From Rhynchopus sp. YZ270_cl-10 (Eukaryota), in the NCBI GenBank assembly GCA_964035575.1, contig OZ037834.1, positions 1,922,001-1,986,000 on the forward strand: a stretch of 64,000 nt of DNA, written 5' to 3'. The notes under the pieces are model-generated. The model was not told the origin of the DNA and ran no database searches. It saw only the letters and a program-made list of their open reading frames with translations. The position numbers and the translations under genes are program-made. Below are positions 21,397 through 32,800 of this stretch, piece by piece. How positions within the stretch are numbered: position 1 is the stretch's first letter; every line of letters begins with the position of its first letter.

Positions 21397-22716
21397 ATGA
21401 TGGACATCATTTCTTCCCCTGAGGACCCACTTCTTCCGAGCTCTTCTCCCACTCTCTCTGAGAGGGTGTTGTTGGGGTGTAGCAGTCAGCACATAGCACC
21501 CCCTTGCCTAGATACGGTGGCAGATGGCAGCTCACAAAGCACTCTGGAACGTGCAGTGGAGGAGGGGCTGGCGTGGCTGAGGGAGCGCTGGGTGCCGAGG
21601 GACAGTTTACAGGCCTTGGCTCGGGGGATGCTCTGCGCGGAAGGGAGCGGGGCGTCTGTGATGTTCACACATACTCCGGTGGTTCGCATCATGCTGCCTC
21701 AAAAGGGGCGCTACACTGTCATCATTGCTGACGGAGTGTCTCACCGAGATGGGGTAGTCTCTGTTATCCTCAACAAACCTTCTAAAACATTAAACACAAG
21801 AGAAATCCGGAGTAGTACCGTATCGAAACACCGGTTCAGCCCTTCAGAGGTGTCCCCTGAAGTTCTTTCTCATGCGTTGTCTGCTATCGATGCGGGAGAC
21901 GAAGCGATTCGCGCGGTTCTAACAAGCGTAACGCCGTTGGGGTCTTGGGGTTGGCGGGGCGATGAGGGTTCGGTTGTAGGGCAAACGGAGGGGGTGGTGG
22001 CACCGAAGGTAGGGTTATTGCGGTGGGTAAAACGGTTGTTTCAAACAACAGCAAGGGGAAGAGCTACGGATGCAACCAAAACTCTCCAAACCACCATGCA
22101 AGACGTTGTCAAATCTGCCTGGGGACGGCGAAGTGGTGGGCTTACTGTAGAAGGTGTCCTCCACATCGAACACTCTGGACGGCTCTCACAATACCACAGC
22201 CACCTTCGCAAGCTTCAAAAGGAAGTAGCCTCAAGGGGACGACCGAATCCTCCTATCGTCCCTTCCTTTGGTGGGGTAGGCGAAGATGCGGAGACGTGCA
22301 CGGAAGTCAATGAGGTCTGGCTGTTTCATGGTACCCGGCAGGACCGTGCAACGCAGATTATTATGAATGGCATGGATGAGAAGGCGAGTCGTGGTGGGCT
22401 GCATGGGGCAGGGATCTACTTCGCAGAGGATGCCGGCAAAGCGAACAAATATATGCAGCCTGACAGTAGCGGGTTGTGCGACCTATTCCTCTGTAGGGTG
22501 CTCCTAGGGCGTGCCTGTCCAGTGCGCTTTGGTGCGAGGAGTACCTGCGCGCAGGCGCCATGTATAGAAGGACATCACCCCTGCACTGCGGGGCACGTCG
22601 TTGCAGATAGTGTGCTTGCGATGGTGCATGGTTACGCAAGGGAGTTCGTTGTGTATACAGGGGCGGCTGTGTTTCCGGAGTATCTTCTGAGGGTGAGACG
22701 GAGTGCATCGCCGTGA
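21397..22716 (+). CDS. PARP catalytic (ADP-ribosyltransferase) domain protein
   Basis: C-terminal NEVWLFHGT, GLHGAGIYFAEDAGKANKY, LFLCRVLLG and REFVVY..AAVFPEYL. Start uncertain (21250 or 21397). Confidence 0.9.
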   Translation: MMDIISSPEDPLLPSSSPTLSERVLLGCSSQHIAPPCLDTVADGSSQSTLERAVEEGLAWLRERWVPRDSLQALARGMLCAEGSGASVMFTHTPVVRIMLPQKGRYTVIIADGVSHRDGVVSVILNKPSKTLNTREIRSSTVSKHRFSPSEVSPEVLSHALSAIDAGDEAIRAVLTSVTPLGSWGWRGDEGSVVGQTEGVVAPKVGLLRWVKRLFQTTARGRATDATKTLQTTMQDVVKSAWGRRSGGLTVEGVLHIEHSGRLSQYHSHLRKLQKEVASRGRPNPPIVPSFGGVGEDAETCTEVNEVWLFHGTRQDRATQIIMNGMDEKASRGGLHGAGIYFAEDAGKANKYMQPDSSGLCDLFLCRVLLGRACPVRFGARSTCAQAPCIEGHHPCTAGHVVADSVLAMVHGYAREFVVYTGAAVFPEYLLRVRRSASP

Positions 22717-24703
22717 AGTTAGAGAGAAAGAGAGAGTTGAATAATTGTGTTTGAGGGCTTTTTTGTGTGATATTCCTATCCTTTTTTTTTTTAAACCTTT
22801 CTTTATACTTTCTTTTAGTGTCATCTGAGTCGTTTGCGCGGGTTTTTCTTTCTTTTCATGGATGTAGGACTACATGGTTGGGTGTCCACCCCGGTACAGC
22901 CGGTTATGTACCAAGGTACACGAGAGGGCTTTGTATTTCAAGTCAACTTCTTTTCAATTCTACTTTAGTTTTTTTTTTTTAGTTTTTTCTGTGATGTGAG
23001 GTACCATTCGAAGTAATATAATCGAGAAAAAAAACGCACCCACAAAAAAAAATTGGAGTGATTTTTTTTTCATCTGAAACCATAACTTTGTTTTTTAGTC
23101 AGTCAGATGAAAAAGAAAGGGGAAAAAAACATACCCCACTCCTCACTCACGGGGAAAGACCTTCTGTAAGGTTTTCCTCTCTTGTCTTCTTAACCCCTGT
23201 TTGGCACGCAAACAAGAGGCCCATATTTGGTGTTGTTAGAAGCGTTACTGTACGGCCTTTCAATTTCACCAGGTTTGGAGCCCTTGGGAAGTACCATGCA
23301 CAACGTGTGCACATGATTGCACATTCATTTTACCCAGTTCTTTGTTCTTTGTTTTTGTTTTGTTTTGTATTTTTAGATCGACTGAGGAACAGCGAAGCTT
23401 TTGGTTTATCTCTTACAAATACCTTTGTTACTTGTGCTTTCATCCGGATGGCTGGCATCGTACGTGGGTCAGTCGGATGTGCCTGCATTAATAACTTCAC
23501 TTTGTTGTTCTTCTTTCCAGTGCCTGCATCCATGAAGCGGTGAGATGTTTACACTTTCAAAATCTATCTTTTATTTCAAATGACACGTGTCCACGTGGGG
23601 GTACGTTCATTCAAGCCTTATTTTCTTCATTTGTCAAAACCATCAGGGGCAGGTGGCCCTGTACCTCAGCACCATCTTCTCACCGCCCCGCATGCAAATA
23701 TGCAACCAATGAAAAGTGCGCTTAACGATCAAAACCCCCGTCTTGAAAACTTGGCTACCACGGTGGCTATCACCGGTCATGTGTCAAGGTACACTATCAC
23801 GAGAGGGTTTTTGTATTTAAAGTCAAATTTCTTTTGGGTGTCTTGCGAAAGATTCTTCAAGAGGGTTTTTCAAAAAAAACCGTTTTTTTTTTTTTAAATT
23901 TTGTGTGTTTTTTAGATGCCAACCTCGAAATGGATGTAGGACTCTCCCTGTTCTTTGAACACAAAACGACGCACAAAAATGGGTTGAGAAACCTTCGTAG
24001 CACGCCTTTCTCCCCCTTCTGTCTTACCCACCTTGCTCACTTATCCCATGGTGTGCCTACACACCGTTTCACTACACCCCCTTTCATCCAGAAGTTAGGT
24101 GACTTAGCACGAGAGGCTTAGGTTCATCTTATAAACTTTTTTTCACTTTTTTGCACTATCAAACTTCACTTTTTTCACTTTTTTTTTGTCGTGCATGCCA
24201 AATGAAATACTTTCTGTGATAGATTTCTGTGTTCGATAACCCCACGGCGGGGAACCAGAGTGATCCCCCTCCCTGCTGTCCCGCCGGTGGCCCTTTGGGT
24301 GTGACATTATTATTATTTTTTTTTTTTTTTTTTTGCACTTTTTTTTTTGCATGTTGAATTGTTTACGCCGTTCTTCAAGTTCAACTCGAATACCCCCCCC
24401 TGCTTACCTTCAATTCGTTTATACGAGGAGTCAGCCCGGCTTATTGCACCCACAAGAGAACTACCACATACAGGGAGGTGATATATGCTACCTGTTAATG
24501 ACTTTTCTCGACGGCCGCATTGCACGCGGTTCGCCCCCCAATGAACGCTAAAAAAAAGAGCCCATTTTTTTAGACAACTCTCAAAACTCACCCCAATATT
24601 TCACAATATTTCCAGAGATAATCACCTTTTTTTTCTTCTCCCTCTCCCCTTGGGTTCCCTTTTACTCCTTTTTTAGAGTTATTTTTTTTTGAAAAAAAAA
24701 AAA

Positions 24704-26101
24704 ATGGAAGAAATGGAACCAGAGTCATATACACCTTCGGATACTATGTCTGTTTGTCTCGAAGAGCTGAAGGTGCTACGTGACATGCCCCCATCAACGC
24801 ATCTCTACGATACCGCCGCTAAACTCACCCACCTCATCGGAGCTGCGCTCTCACCACCACCACCGCCGCCTCCTCCAAACCCTTATAAAGAACAGCTGTC
24901 AAAGCTGATCACTGTATTGCTTGATACAGTCGCGCAATTGAAAACCGCGCTTTTTTCGGACAACAGCCCTGACATTGCGATGGCACATTTTGAAAAGCTA
25001 ATCGAAACCCTCCGGGCAGTGGATCTGCAGGATTTGGAGGAGAAAGAGCGGCATATTGTTCCTCCTCCTCCTCCTCCTCCTCCTCCTCCTCCTCCTCCTC
25101 CTCCTCCTCCTCCTCCTCCTCCTCCTCCTCCTCCTCCCCCCTCTGCTCCTCCTTCTGTACTTCAAAACGATGAAATTCATAAGCTAAAAGAAGAGCATGC
25201 GAAAATGGCAGAATTATTGAAAGAATTGCAAGAAAAAGCGTTGCAGTTAGAGGCTACGTCAAAGCAGGGGCAGACAGAGAGCTTTGTACAGACAGATCTA
25301 TTAGAGAAACCGAGTGCGTCAGAGTTGGATAGTATCATTCACTGTGTCTCCCAGAGCGACATATCACCACCACACATCCGAGAAATGTACCGGGAACGGC
25401 GGAGACGGAGTGTAGAGGAGACCTACAAGCGTTTGTTCTATCAGAACGGCTTTTCCTATATTTGGGTCGCGATTGTTGCGGTCTTTTCAAATGAATTTCT
25501 TCCCCGCCCTTCTGAACGTCCTGAACGTCATAGCCGTGCGTCTTTTGTAGACAAAACTGCGGACACCTTTTTAACCTGCTTCACCGAACAGATTCTCAGC
25601 AAAATGCAGTCCCCCGAGGCCTTTCAGCGAAGCGTGGACGATACGACGGTTACGTTAACAAAGCTGTATCTGGGGGAGTGCGAGGTGCTGAGATGCAAAC
25701 CCAATTCGAGTGTATTAACGATTTTGGAGGAGAGCATGAAGGTGCCAGAGGGGGAGACGATTAACATCGATTTAGGGGAAAACCTTGTGGGGAGTGTTGG
25801 CTTGAAGGCGTTGCTTCCAGTGTTGCAGGAGATACATGCGATGGAGACCTTGGATTTGAGTGGGAATGGGCTGCAGAACGAGTCGGTAGCGTACCTATGT
25901 GAGGCGCTGGCGGCGCATCCGACGCTTACCTCACTGAATTTAGCAGGCAACCGTCTGTCACGCTCTGCAGGAAAAGAGGTGGTCCGTCTCCTCTCGCGCA
26001 ACCCAACAATCCTCCACGTCGACCTCTCCGAAACGCGGGTCGAACCATCTCTGCAAAATCGTATTAGAGAACTGCTTCTCAAACGATGTGATAAGGGTTG
26101 A
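24704..26101 (+). CDS. Protein with polyproline and coiled-coil N-terminal half and a C-terminal RNI-like leucine-rich-repeat domain
   Basis: LRRs IDLGENLVG, LDLSGNGL, LNLAGNRL and VDLSETRV; ATG follows a pyrimidine tract and TTTTAG. Possible in-frame intron at 25431-25550. Confidence 0.85.
   Translation: MEEMEPESYTPSDTMSVCLEELKVLRDMPPSTHLYDTAAKLTHLIGAALSPPPPPPPPNPYKEQLSKLITVLLDTVAQLKTALFSDNSPDIAMAHFEKLIETLRAVDLQDLEEKERHIVPPPPPPPPPPPPPPPPPPPPPPPPPPPSAPPSVLQNDEIHKLKEEHAKMAELLKELQEKALQLEATSKQGQTESFVQTDLLEKPSASELDSIIHCVSQSDISPPHIREMYRERRRRSVEETYKRLFYQNGFSYIWVAIVAVFSNEFLPRPSERPERHSRASFVDKTADTFLTCFTEQILSKMQSPEAFQRSVDDTTVTLTKLYLGECEVLRCKPNSSVLTILEESMKVPEGETINIDLGENLVGSVGLKALLPVLQEIHAMETLDLSGNGLQNESVAYLCEALAAHPTLTSLNLAGNRLSRSAGKEVVRLLSRNPTILHVDLSETRVEPSLQNRIRELLLKRCDKG
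25061..25135 (+). repeat. (CCT)n microsatellite encoding polyproline
   Basis: About 25 uninterrupted CCT units. Confidence 0.95.
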
Positions 26102-26823
26102 ACCGAACCTCGGGAAATATGGCAAAATATGGCGCAACTCAAAAAGAGCAATACACTGAAGACAGAAGTGAAGGAGAAGGAATCTGTAGGCTGTTTACGG
26201 TGAGTGAGCAACAGGGAAAGTAGGGAGGTTTGCAAGAAAAGGGCACTAAGGTGGTTTGTGTGTCAATTTGTCAATGAATGTAAACTCTTTTTTTTTTTTT
26301 TCCTTTTTGATTCCTGATGAAGCACAGTGAGGCTTGAAGATCATCTAGGGGGAAAAATAAACTTTTTGACACTGTTTGACCCTAACAATTCTTCCCTAAT
26401 CTACAAAAAGGGTGTTCTCAACTTCGCCCGATTTTTTTTGGGCGATTTTAAAATTCTCAAAAATAAAATCTGCTATTTTTTACCGACGAAGCCCTCTCCA
26501 GAGGTCCCTCCCCACACTCTTCTTCCATTTACACAAAAAGAAGATGCGGGCTGGTGCTTCCTTCAGCCTCCAATACCCTCGATTAGTTACTTTTTCTTTT
26601 GCCTTAATTTTGCGTTTTACTCGACAAATTGTCAAGAAATAAGTTCAAATAAAGTGAGATTGCACCCCCATCAGCCTCGCCCCAATGTTGTCTTAATACA
26701 ATGCTTCAGCACCCTACCCACGCAACCTCCATTCAGCGTATTACACCTAATAATAACGAGTCTCGACAAGAAAGGCGAGAGCCAAGCAAGAAGGGCAAAG
26801 CCAAGAGGCGTGCAAGACACACA

Positions 26824-29800
26824 ATGGTGGGTCATCGAGGGTTGCTGCCGCTGCCGCTGCTGCTGTTCGCAGTAGGGGTGAGCGCACAGACGGAGACGAC
26901 AGGTGAGCCGCTGACGCTGAATGTGCTCGGGGCGAACCTGGAGGAGCACCTGGACGAGTTCCGTGGGACTGTGGTGAACTCTGTGTTGAGCCTGGGTGAG
27001 GAACATTTGAACAAGCTGGGGGTGGCGGACGCCTTCGAGGAGGCCTTCCGTGATGACTCTGTGATGGGGAACCTGAAGACGAAGATGGAGACCGGGCTCG
27101 AGGATATGATGTCGTTCTTTGAGGGAGGCACTGCGTTTGACGGTATTGAGCTGCTGACGGACCAGTTTGAGCCTGCGTTGGACATGATGACGGGTGTGTG
27201 CGACCAGACAACGGGGACAGCGAGGCGCGAGGCTGCGTACCTTCAGGCGCGCGAGACCTACCTGGAGAAGAAGAAGCAGGGCGGAGGCAACAACAGAACG
27301 GCGGGGGCGCTGAACGCATTTTCGGCACCGCTGATTGTGGGGTCGCTGAACGCGGCGCTGCCCGCGTGGGAGGTGCAGATGTCAACGAACTGGAAGGCTG
27401 GGCTGCAGTTCGGGGGTGGGGTCGCGCTCGGAGTTGACTTTGGGAACCTGGACCATCACTTTCTGGGGATTGGAGTGGGCCTCGGGTTTTCGATCTCGAA
27501 GGGGCAGAAGTCGTGCACGGTGGATGCGGACTGCAAGTCGAAGGTACGTCAGTCGACGATCTGCGAGGTAGGCAAGTGCACGCGTGTGTGCTCGAGCCCG
27601 GCAGACTGCGGGCAGAGGGAGGCGTGCGACAACCTGCGCTGTGTGGTGGAGTGCGATGCGCACACGGACTGCACAGGGCTGCAAAAGTGTGACATTGCCG
27701 GGACTAAGCGCTGCCTTGCGACAACGGCGTGTGCGTCGGATAGCGAGTGCAACGCTGCGTCTGAGATCTGCCTGGACAACACGCGTTGTGTGCCGCGCCA
27801 GTGCACAAGCGACGCGCAGTGCGTGGCGGGGACGGAGTTCTGTTACAACCACCGTTGCCAGAAAAGCGAGTGCACGGATGCGACGGAGGCGGCAGACTGC
27901 AAGGCGGGGGAGATCTGTGTGACGCGGCAGTGTGTGCCTGCAGCGGGGCAGCCCTGTGTTGGTGACGGGGACTGCGGGCTGGACGCGTGGTGCAACGGTG
28001 GGCTCTGTGCAGACAACACACCTCAGCCGACGGCGGCCGGGTGTGTGACGCCCGCAGACTGCCCGGTGGCCGGGGAGACGTGTCTGCCGGGGGGTGTGTG
28101 CGGGACGGCGTGCGCGTCGGACCTGGACTGCGGCCTGGGGGACGTGTGCTCCCCGCTGATATCGGGTGTTCGGCGTTGTGTGCTGGACACGAGCGGCCGC
28201 CGGGCACATGTGCTGAACACCCCGACGGAGGCGAAGAAGGGGTTCTGGTCGAAGGTGGCAGACGAGGTAGACATCTCGATTGACTGGTTCAAGGACGCAG
28301 GGAAGTTCAGCGGGTTTGCGTTTGTGCTCTCGATCTCGAACAAGTACCTGCTGGACAACCTGCACATCAAGGACCTGCACGTGACGCTGGCGCACCCGCA
28401 CTGGCAGTGCCTGACGGAGCCCGGGATCAAGTCGGCGGAGTGGTGGGGCGGGGTTGAGTTTGGCGGGTTCGGTATCACGTTTGACCCGAAGCCAGGTGCT
28501 GGGTCGGGTGCGAAGACTGCTGCGTCGGGTTCTGTGCTCGCGAACCTGAAGGCTGCGCTGACGAACAAGGACAAGTTTGGGGAGATGATGCGGAGTGTGG
28601 GGTCTGAGCTTCTGACGGCCATACTTTCGTTTGACGGGTTAGGGTTTGCGGAGGGGATCACCCTTGAGGACTCCAACAGCGGCTACAGTCTTGCGTACGA
28701 CCGCGCGACGTCGTGTCCGCCCGTTGTCCCGACAAACGCACCGCCGACATCGGCACCGCCCACATCGGTACCGCTCACATCGTCACCTCCAACACCGTCA
28801 CCCCCAACACCATCGCCACCCACACCGGCACCACCAACACCTGCCCCCCCAACACCGTCGCCGCCCACACCGGCACCACCGACGCCCGCACCTGTGGCCG
28901 GGAGGGGGGCGGAGGTGCTGGCGGATGCGGATGCAAGGGACGCTGCCGCGCAGAGTGTGACAACAGACCTGATTGCATTCATGAAGCAGGCGACAAACAT
29001 TGTGACGAAGGGTGAGATCATCATGCCTTTCTGCGCAGGCAACTGCGGACCCACGAACACATCGATCGACTCGATCATCGGTGTGGGGCGTGTGGGCCCG
29101 CCGGCAACGTGCAACGGTGTGGAGGCGAGCGTGTCGGTGGACACGCTGACAATTGGGAGCATTGCGCACCTGGCGACGTCGGGGGAGATTGCAGGCGTGA
29201 GCGGAGCCTTGAAGGACATCATGACGCCTGTTCTGGAGATGGGGATCCAGAACACGGAGCTGAGCTTCAGTGTGACGACGACGGGGATCAAGCTGGCTGC
29301 GATTGGGTCGGTGCTGCTGCCGAACACGGACAGCGGGTTTGTGACTGTGCTGAAGGACATGGCAGAGGACATCCGTCTTGGGGCGTCTGCGGGGCTGACG
29401 TGGGAGGGGGAGCTGAAGCTGGAGCTGCGTGTGGGGACGGATGCAGACACGGACGCGACGAAGAACTTCCGTGTGTCGAACGCGCTCGGCACGTTCGGTG
29501 CTTCGACGTACCTGCGGTTCGTGTACCTGATCAACGGGGGGGTGCCGCGGCAGGAGCTTGGGACGACGCTGCCGCTGATCATCTGTGTCGACGACTGCGG
29601 GACTGCGACACGCAAGGACCTGTACTTCGATGGGGACCTGTCGATGATTGTGACGCCTGCGGCGCAGACGGTGCGCGGGAAGCTGACGGCGGCAGGGTGG
29701 TACTACGAGGCCTTCAAGATCCCGTTTGTGCACATTGGGGACATGTTCCTGGGGATGGAGTGGGACATCAAGTCGCCGCTGCCGACGGGGTTCATGCTGG

Positions 29801-32800
29801 GCGGTGCGGTGTGTCTCGGGTCGTCGAACAACTGCCAGAACAAGGTGCAGCCGTACATTGAGGGGCGTGCGTACGTCGGGGTGAGTGCGTCGCTGCCTGA
29901 GGACAACTTCTTTGTGGTGATGGTGACGAACCTGACGATTGGCGGCATTGCGGAGCTTGTGGCGCAGGAGGTGCCGTGGCTTGTGCTGCTTACTGGGGAA
30001 GGGTCTGCCGCGGCGCTGAGTGTGGCCGAGGCGGCGTTCGAGGCAATTGGGGTGGACGTGTCGGAGGTGACGTCGACAATTCAGGGGATCCAGAACGCGC
30101 TGCCGCCAGCCTTCAAGGAGTCTGGGCTGTACCCGTACGACAAGAACTTTGCAACAAACTGCGCTGCGCCTGCTGCAGATGCCGCACAGACGGAGATCAA
30201 CATGGACTGCTTTGCGTACCTGTCGTTCAGTCCGCTGAAGACGCAGGAGATTGTGCTCGGGACATCGACGCTGAGCGTGCCAAGGGGGATTGCGTTCGCA
30301 GGCCGCCTGAACTTCATCGGGTGGGAGATGGCGGCAGAGGTGGCGATCAGCACGTCGCAGTTCTACATCAACGCAACGATGGACCCTGTGTTCATCCGGT
30401 TTGGGAGTGTCGACTTCCTGCGCATCGGGTCGCACCTGGACGGGAACAAGCAGGCGGCGGGCGGGGCAAACTTCCTGGTGGACCTCAACATCCTCCCGCC
30501 ACGTGCGGAGATCAACATCCAGGGTGCGTTTGACATCCCGCTGCTGAAGTCGTACGGGGCGGTTGCGCTCGTGCTTGACTCGCAGAAACTGTCGTTCCAC
30601 GCGGAGATCAACCTCTTTGACGGGGCGCTTGCGTCGACTGCAGACGTGTACTTCCCGTGGGACTTCACAGCGTTCCACATGAGCCTGTCGGACATGAACT
30701 TCCTGTACGGGATTGTGAAGGTGAAGCGCGTGCTGTTTGAGTACGACACGGCAGTGCCGCACCCGTACGCGATCTTTGACGCGCACATCGACGTGCTCTT
30801 TGCGGTGAGCATTGCGGCGCAGCTGAAGGTGCAGGGCAACGCGCTCTCCTTCTCCCTGGGGATCACTGTGCTTGGTGTGGGGAACACCATCTCGGGGACG
30901 GCAACAATGGACACATCAAACTTCCTGAACTCGGAGTTCTCGGTGAGCGTGCAGTCGGACCTGAACCCGGCGGCGATTGCAGATGCGGTTGTGGGTGCGG
31001 CGAAGGAGGTTGGGAAGGCTGCTGTGGCCGTGTGGGACACTGTGACGGGTGGGGTGACGGAGGCGTGGAACTTTGTGAAGGGTGCGTTCAACCAGGCGCC
31101 GCTGAGCAACGTTGCAAGCAGGATTGGGAACTTCCTGAACGACGCAGGGGCGGCGATTGCAAACATCGGGCAGGCTCTGCTGGACGCAGGACTGAGCGAC
31201 ATCATCTCGCTTGGGAAGGACTTTGCGAACGGCGACTTCAGCGCGCTGGGTGACGCTGTGTTCGACCTTGCGGGGGTGTTCGGGCTGACGGGCACAGAGG
31301 GGCACACGGAGATCGACGCCGGGGAGGGGGCAAATGAGTACGGGTGCAGGTGGAAGAAGATCCGGTACAGTGAGTGCTTCATCACACCGGAGGTATGCAT
31401 CCCGGAGGTGTGTGTCGGAGGCGGGTGCACCGGGGGCCAGTGCACAGGAGGCGGGTGCACGGGCGGTGGCTGCGTGGGGTGCTGCGGGGTGCGTGTCTGT
31501 GCGCCGCGCATCTGCGCACCGCGTGTGTGCGTGCCGCGTGTGTGTGTGCCACGTGTGTGCACGCCGCGGTCGTGTGTGCCTGAGTTCAAGACGTGCACAA
31601 CCAAGTACGGGAACCGGTTTGCGGACAAGGCCTGCATGGAGGAGATTGCGGCTGCCGCGACAGAAGTTGAGGGGAAGCTTGGTGTGATGAAGCGTAAGGA
31701 GGACGCGATCGCAGACTCGCACACGCAGAACCCAGGGCTTGAGGGACTGGCGGACGGGACCACGGTGCCGGCGCCGTCCGTGCGGAACGTGACCCTGACG
31801 ATCCCTATTGGAGCGACAAGCGCGTCGGGGGACATTGAGTCGGACGTGGAGGTGCTCTCAGGCCCGTGTGGGGGTGCAGGTGGGATGCAGCGTTCGACGG
31901 TGGGTGGAGTGAACTTCAACATGGGGACGCTGGATGAGTACAAGGCGTCGATTGCGGCAGCACAGGGGTCGCTTGCGGCCAGCATTGAGGGGACGCTGCT
32001 GTCGAAGCAGTGCGGGCTGGGGACCACGATTCTGGGTGAGGCCGGGAAGGTTACCTACGCTCCACCGACGCTCACGGACCCGACAGACTTCTCAGTTTCG
32101 TGCACGCAGTCGGTGGACCTGGCGGCGGGGAAGCCGCTGTTTGCGTCTGTGGACGACGCGTGCCACAGCGGGAAGGTAGTGAAGATGGTGACTGCGACTC
32201 CAGTGAGCCCGACAGCGTACCCGAACCGTGTCTGCGGGTCGTCGTACATGCAGGTGACGTGGAAGGGTTACGACGCAGGGATCTGCAACGGGGAGACGGT
32301 GGCGAAGTCGCACGTGATCACAGTGCTGCCGTTTGACCCGAGGTTTGACGCCTTCCCTGCGGATGTGAGTGTGACGACACAGGACAGCATGGCGCCCGAG
32401 GCCACGGGGGTGCCGACCTCGTTCCAGTCGGTGTGCAACCAGGAGGTCGATATCACGTACACGGACGCGCCACCGGTGCTGAAGGCGGGGAAGTGCGGGG
32501 AGTGGACTGTGGCGCGGACGTGGTCGGTGAAGCCGTACTTCGCAAGCTGCACCGGCACACGCCTCCCGGGGCAGACACGTGTGCAGACGATCACTGTGTC
32601 GGACGTGACAGCACCTGTGTTCACGCGTGAGCCGCCGCCAGTGGTGTACGTGCCGTTCTTCGAGAACTGGGGTGCCGCGAGCTCGATCCCGATGTCTGTT
32701 GAGGTGATGGACACTGCGATGGAGGCGCTTGGGCTGCACTCTTACCCGACGACGACGACGTCTGTGGACACCGCACTGTCGTACTCGAGCACGGAGCTGG

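Noticed and set aside
26701..26823. 41-aa N-terminal extension of giant gene copy 1
   Set aside because: The upstream ATG is absent in copies 2 and 3, and the extension would bury the signal peptide.
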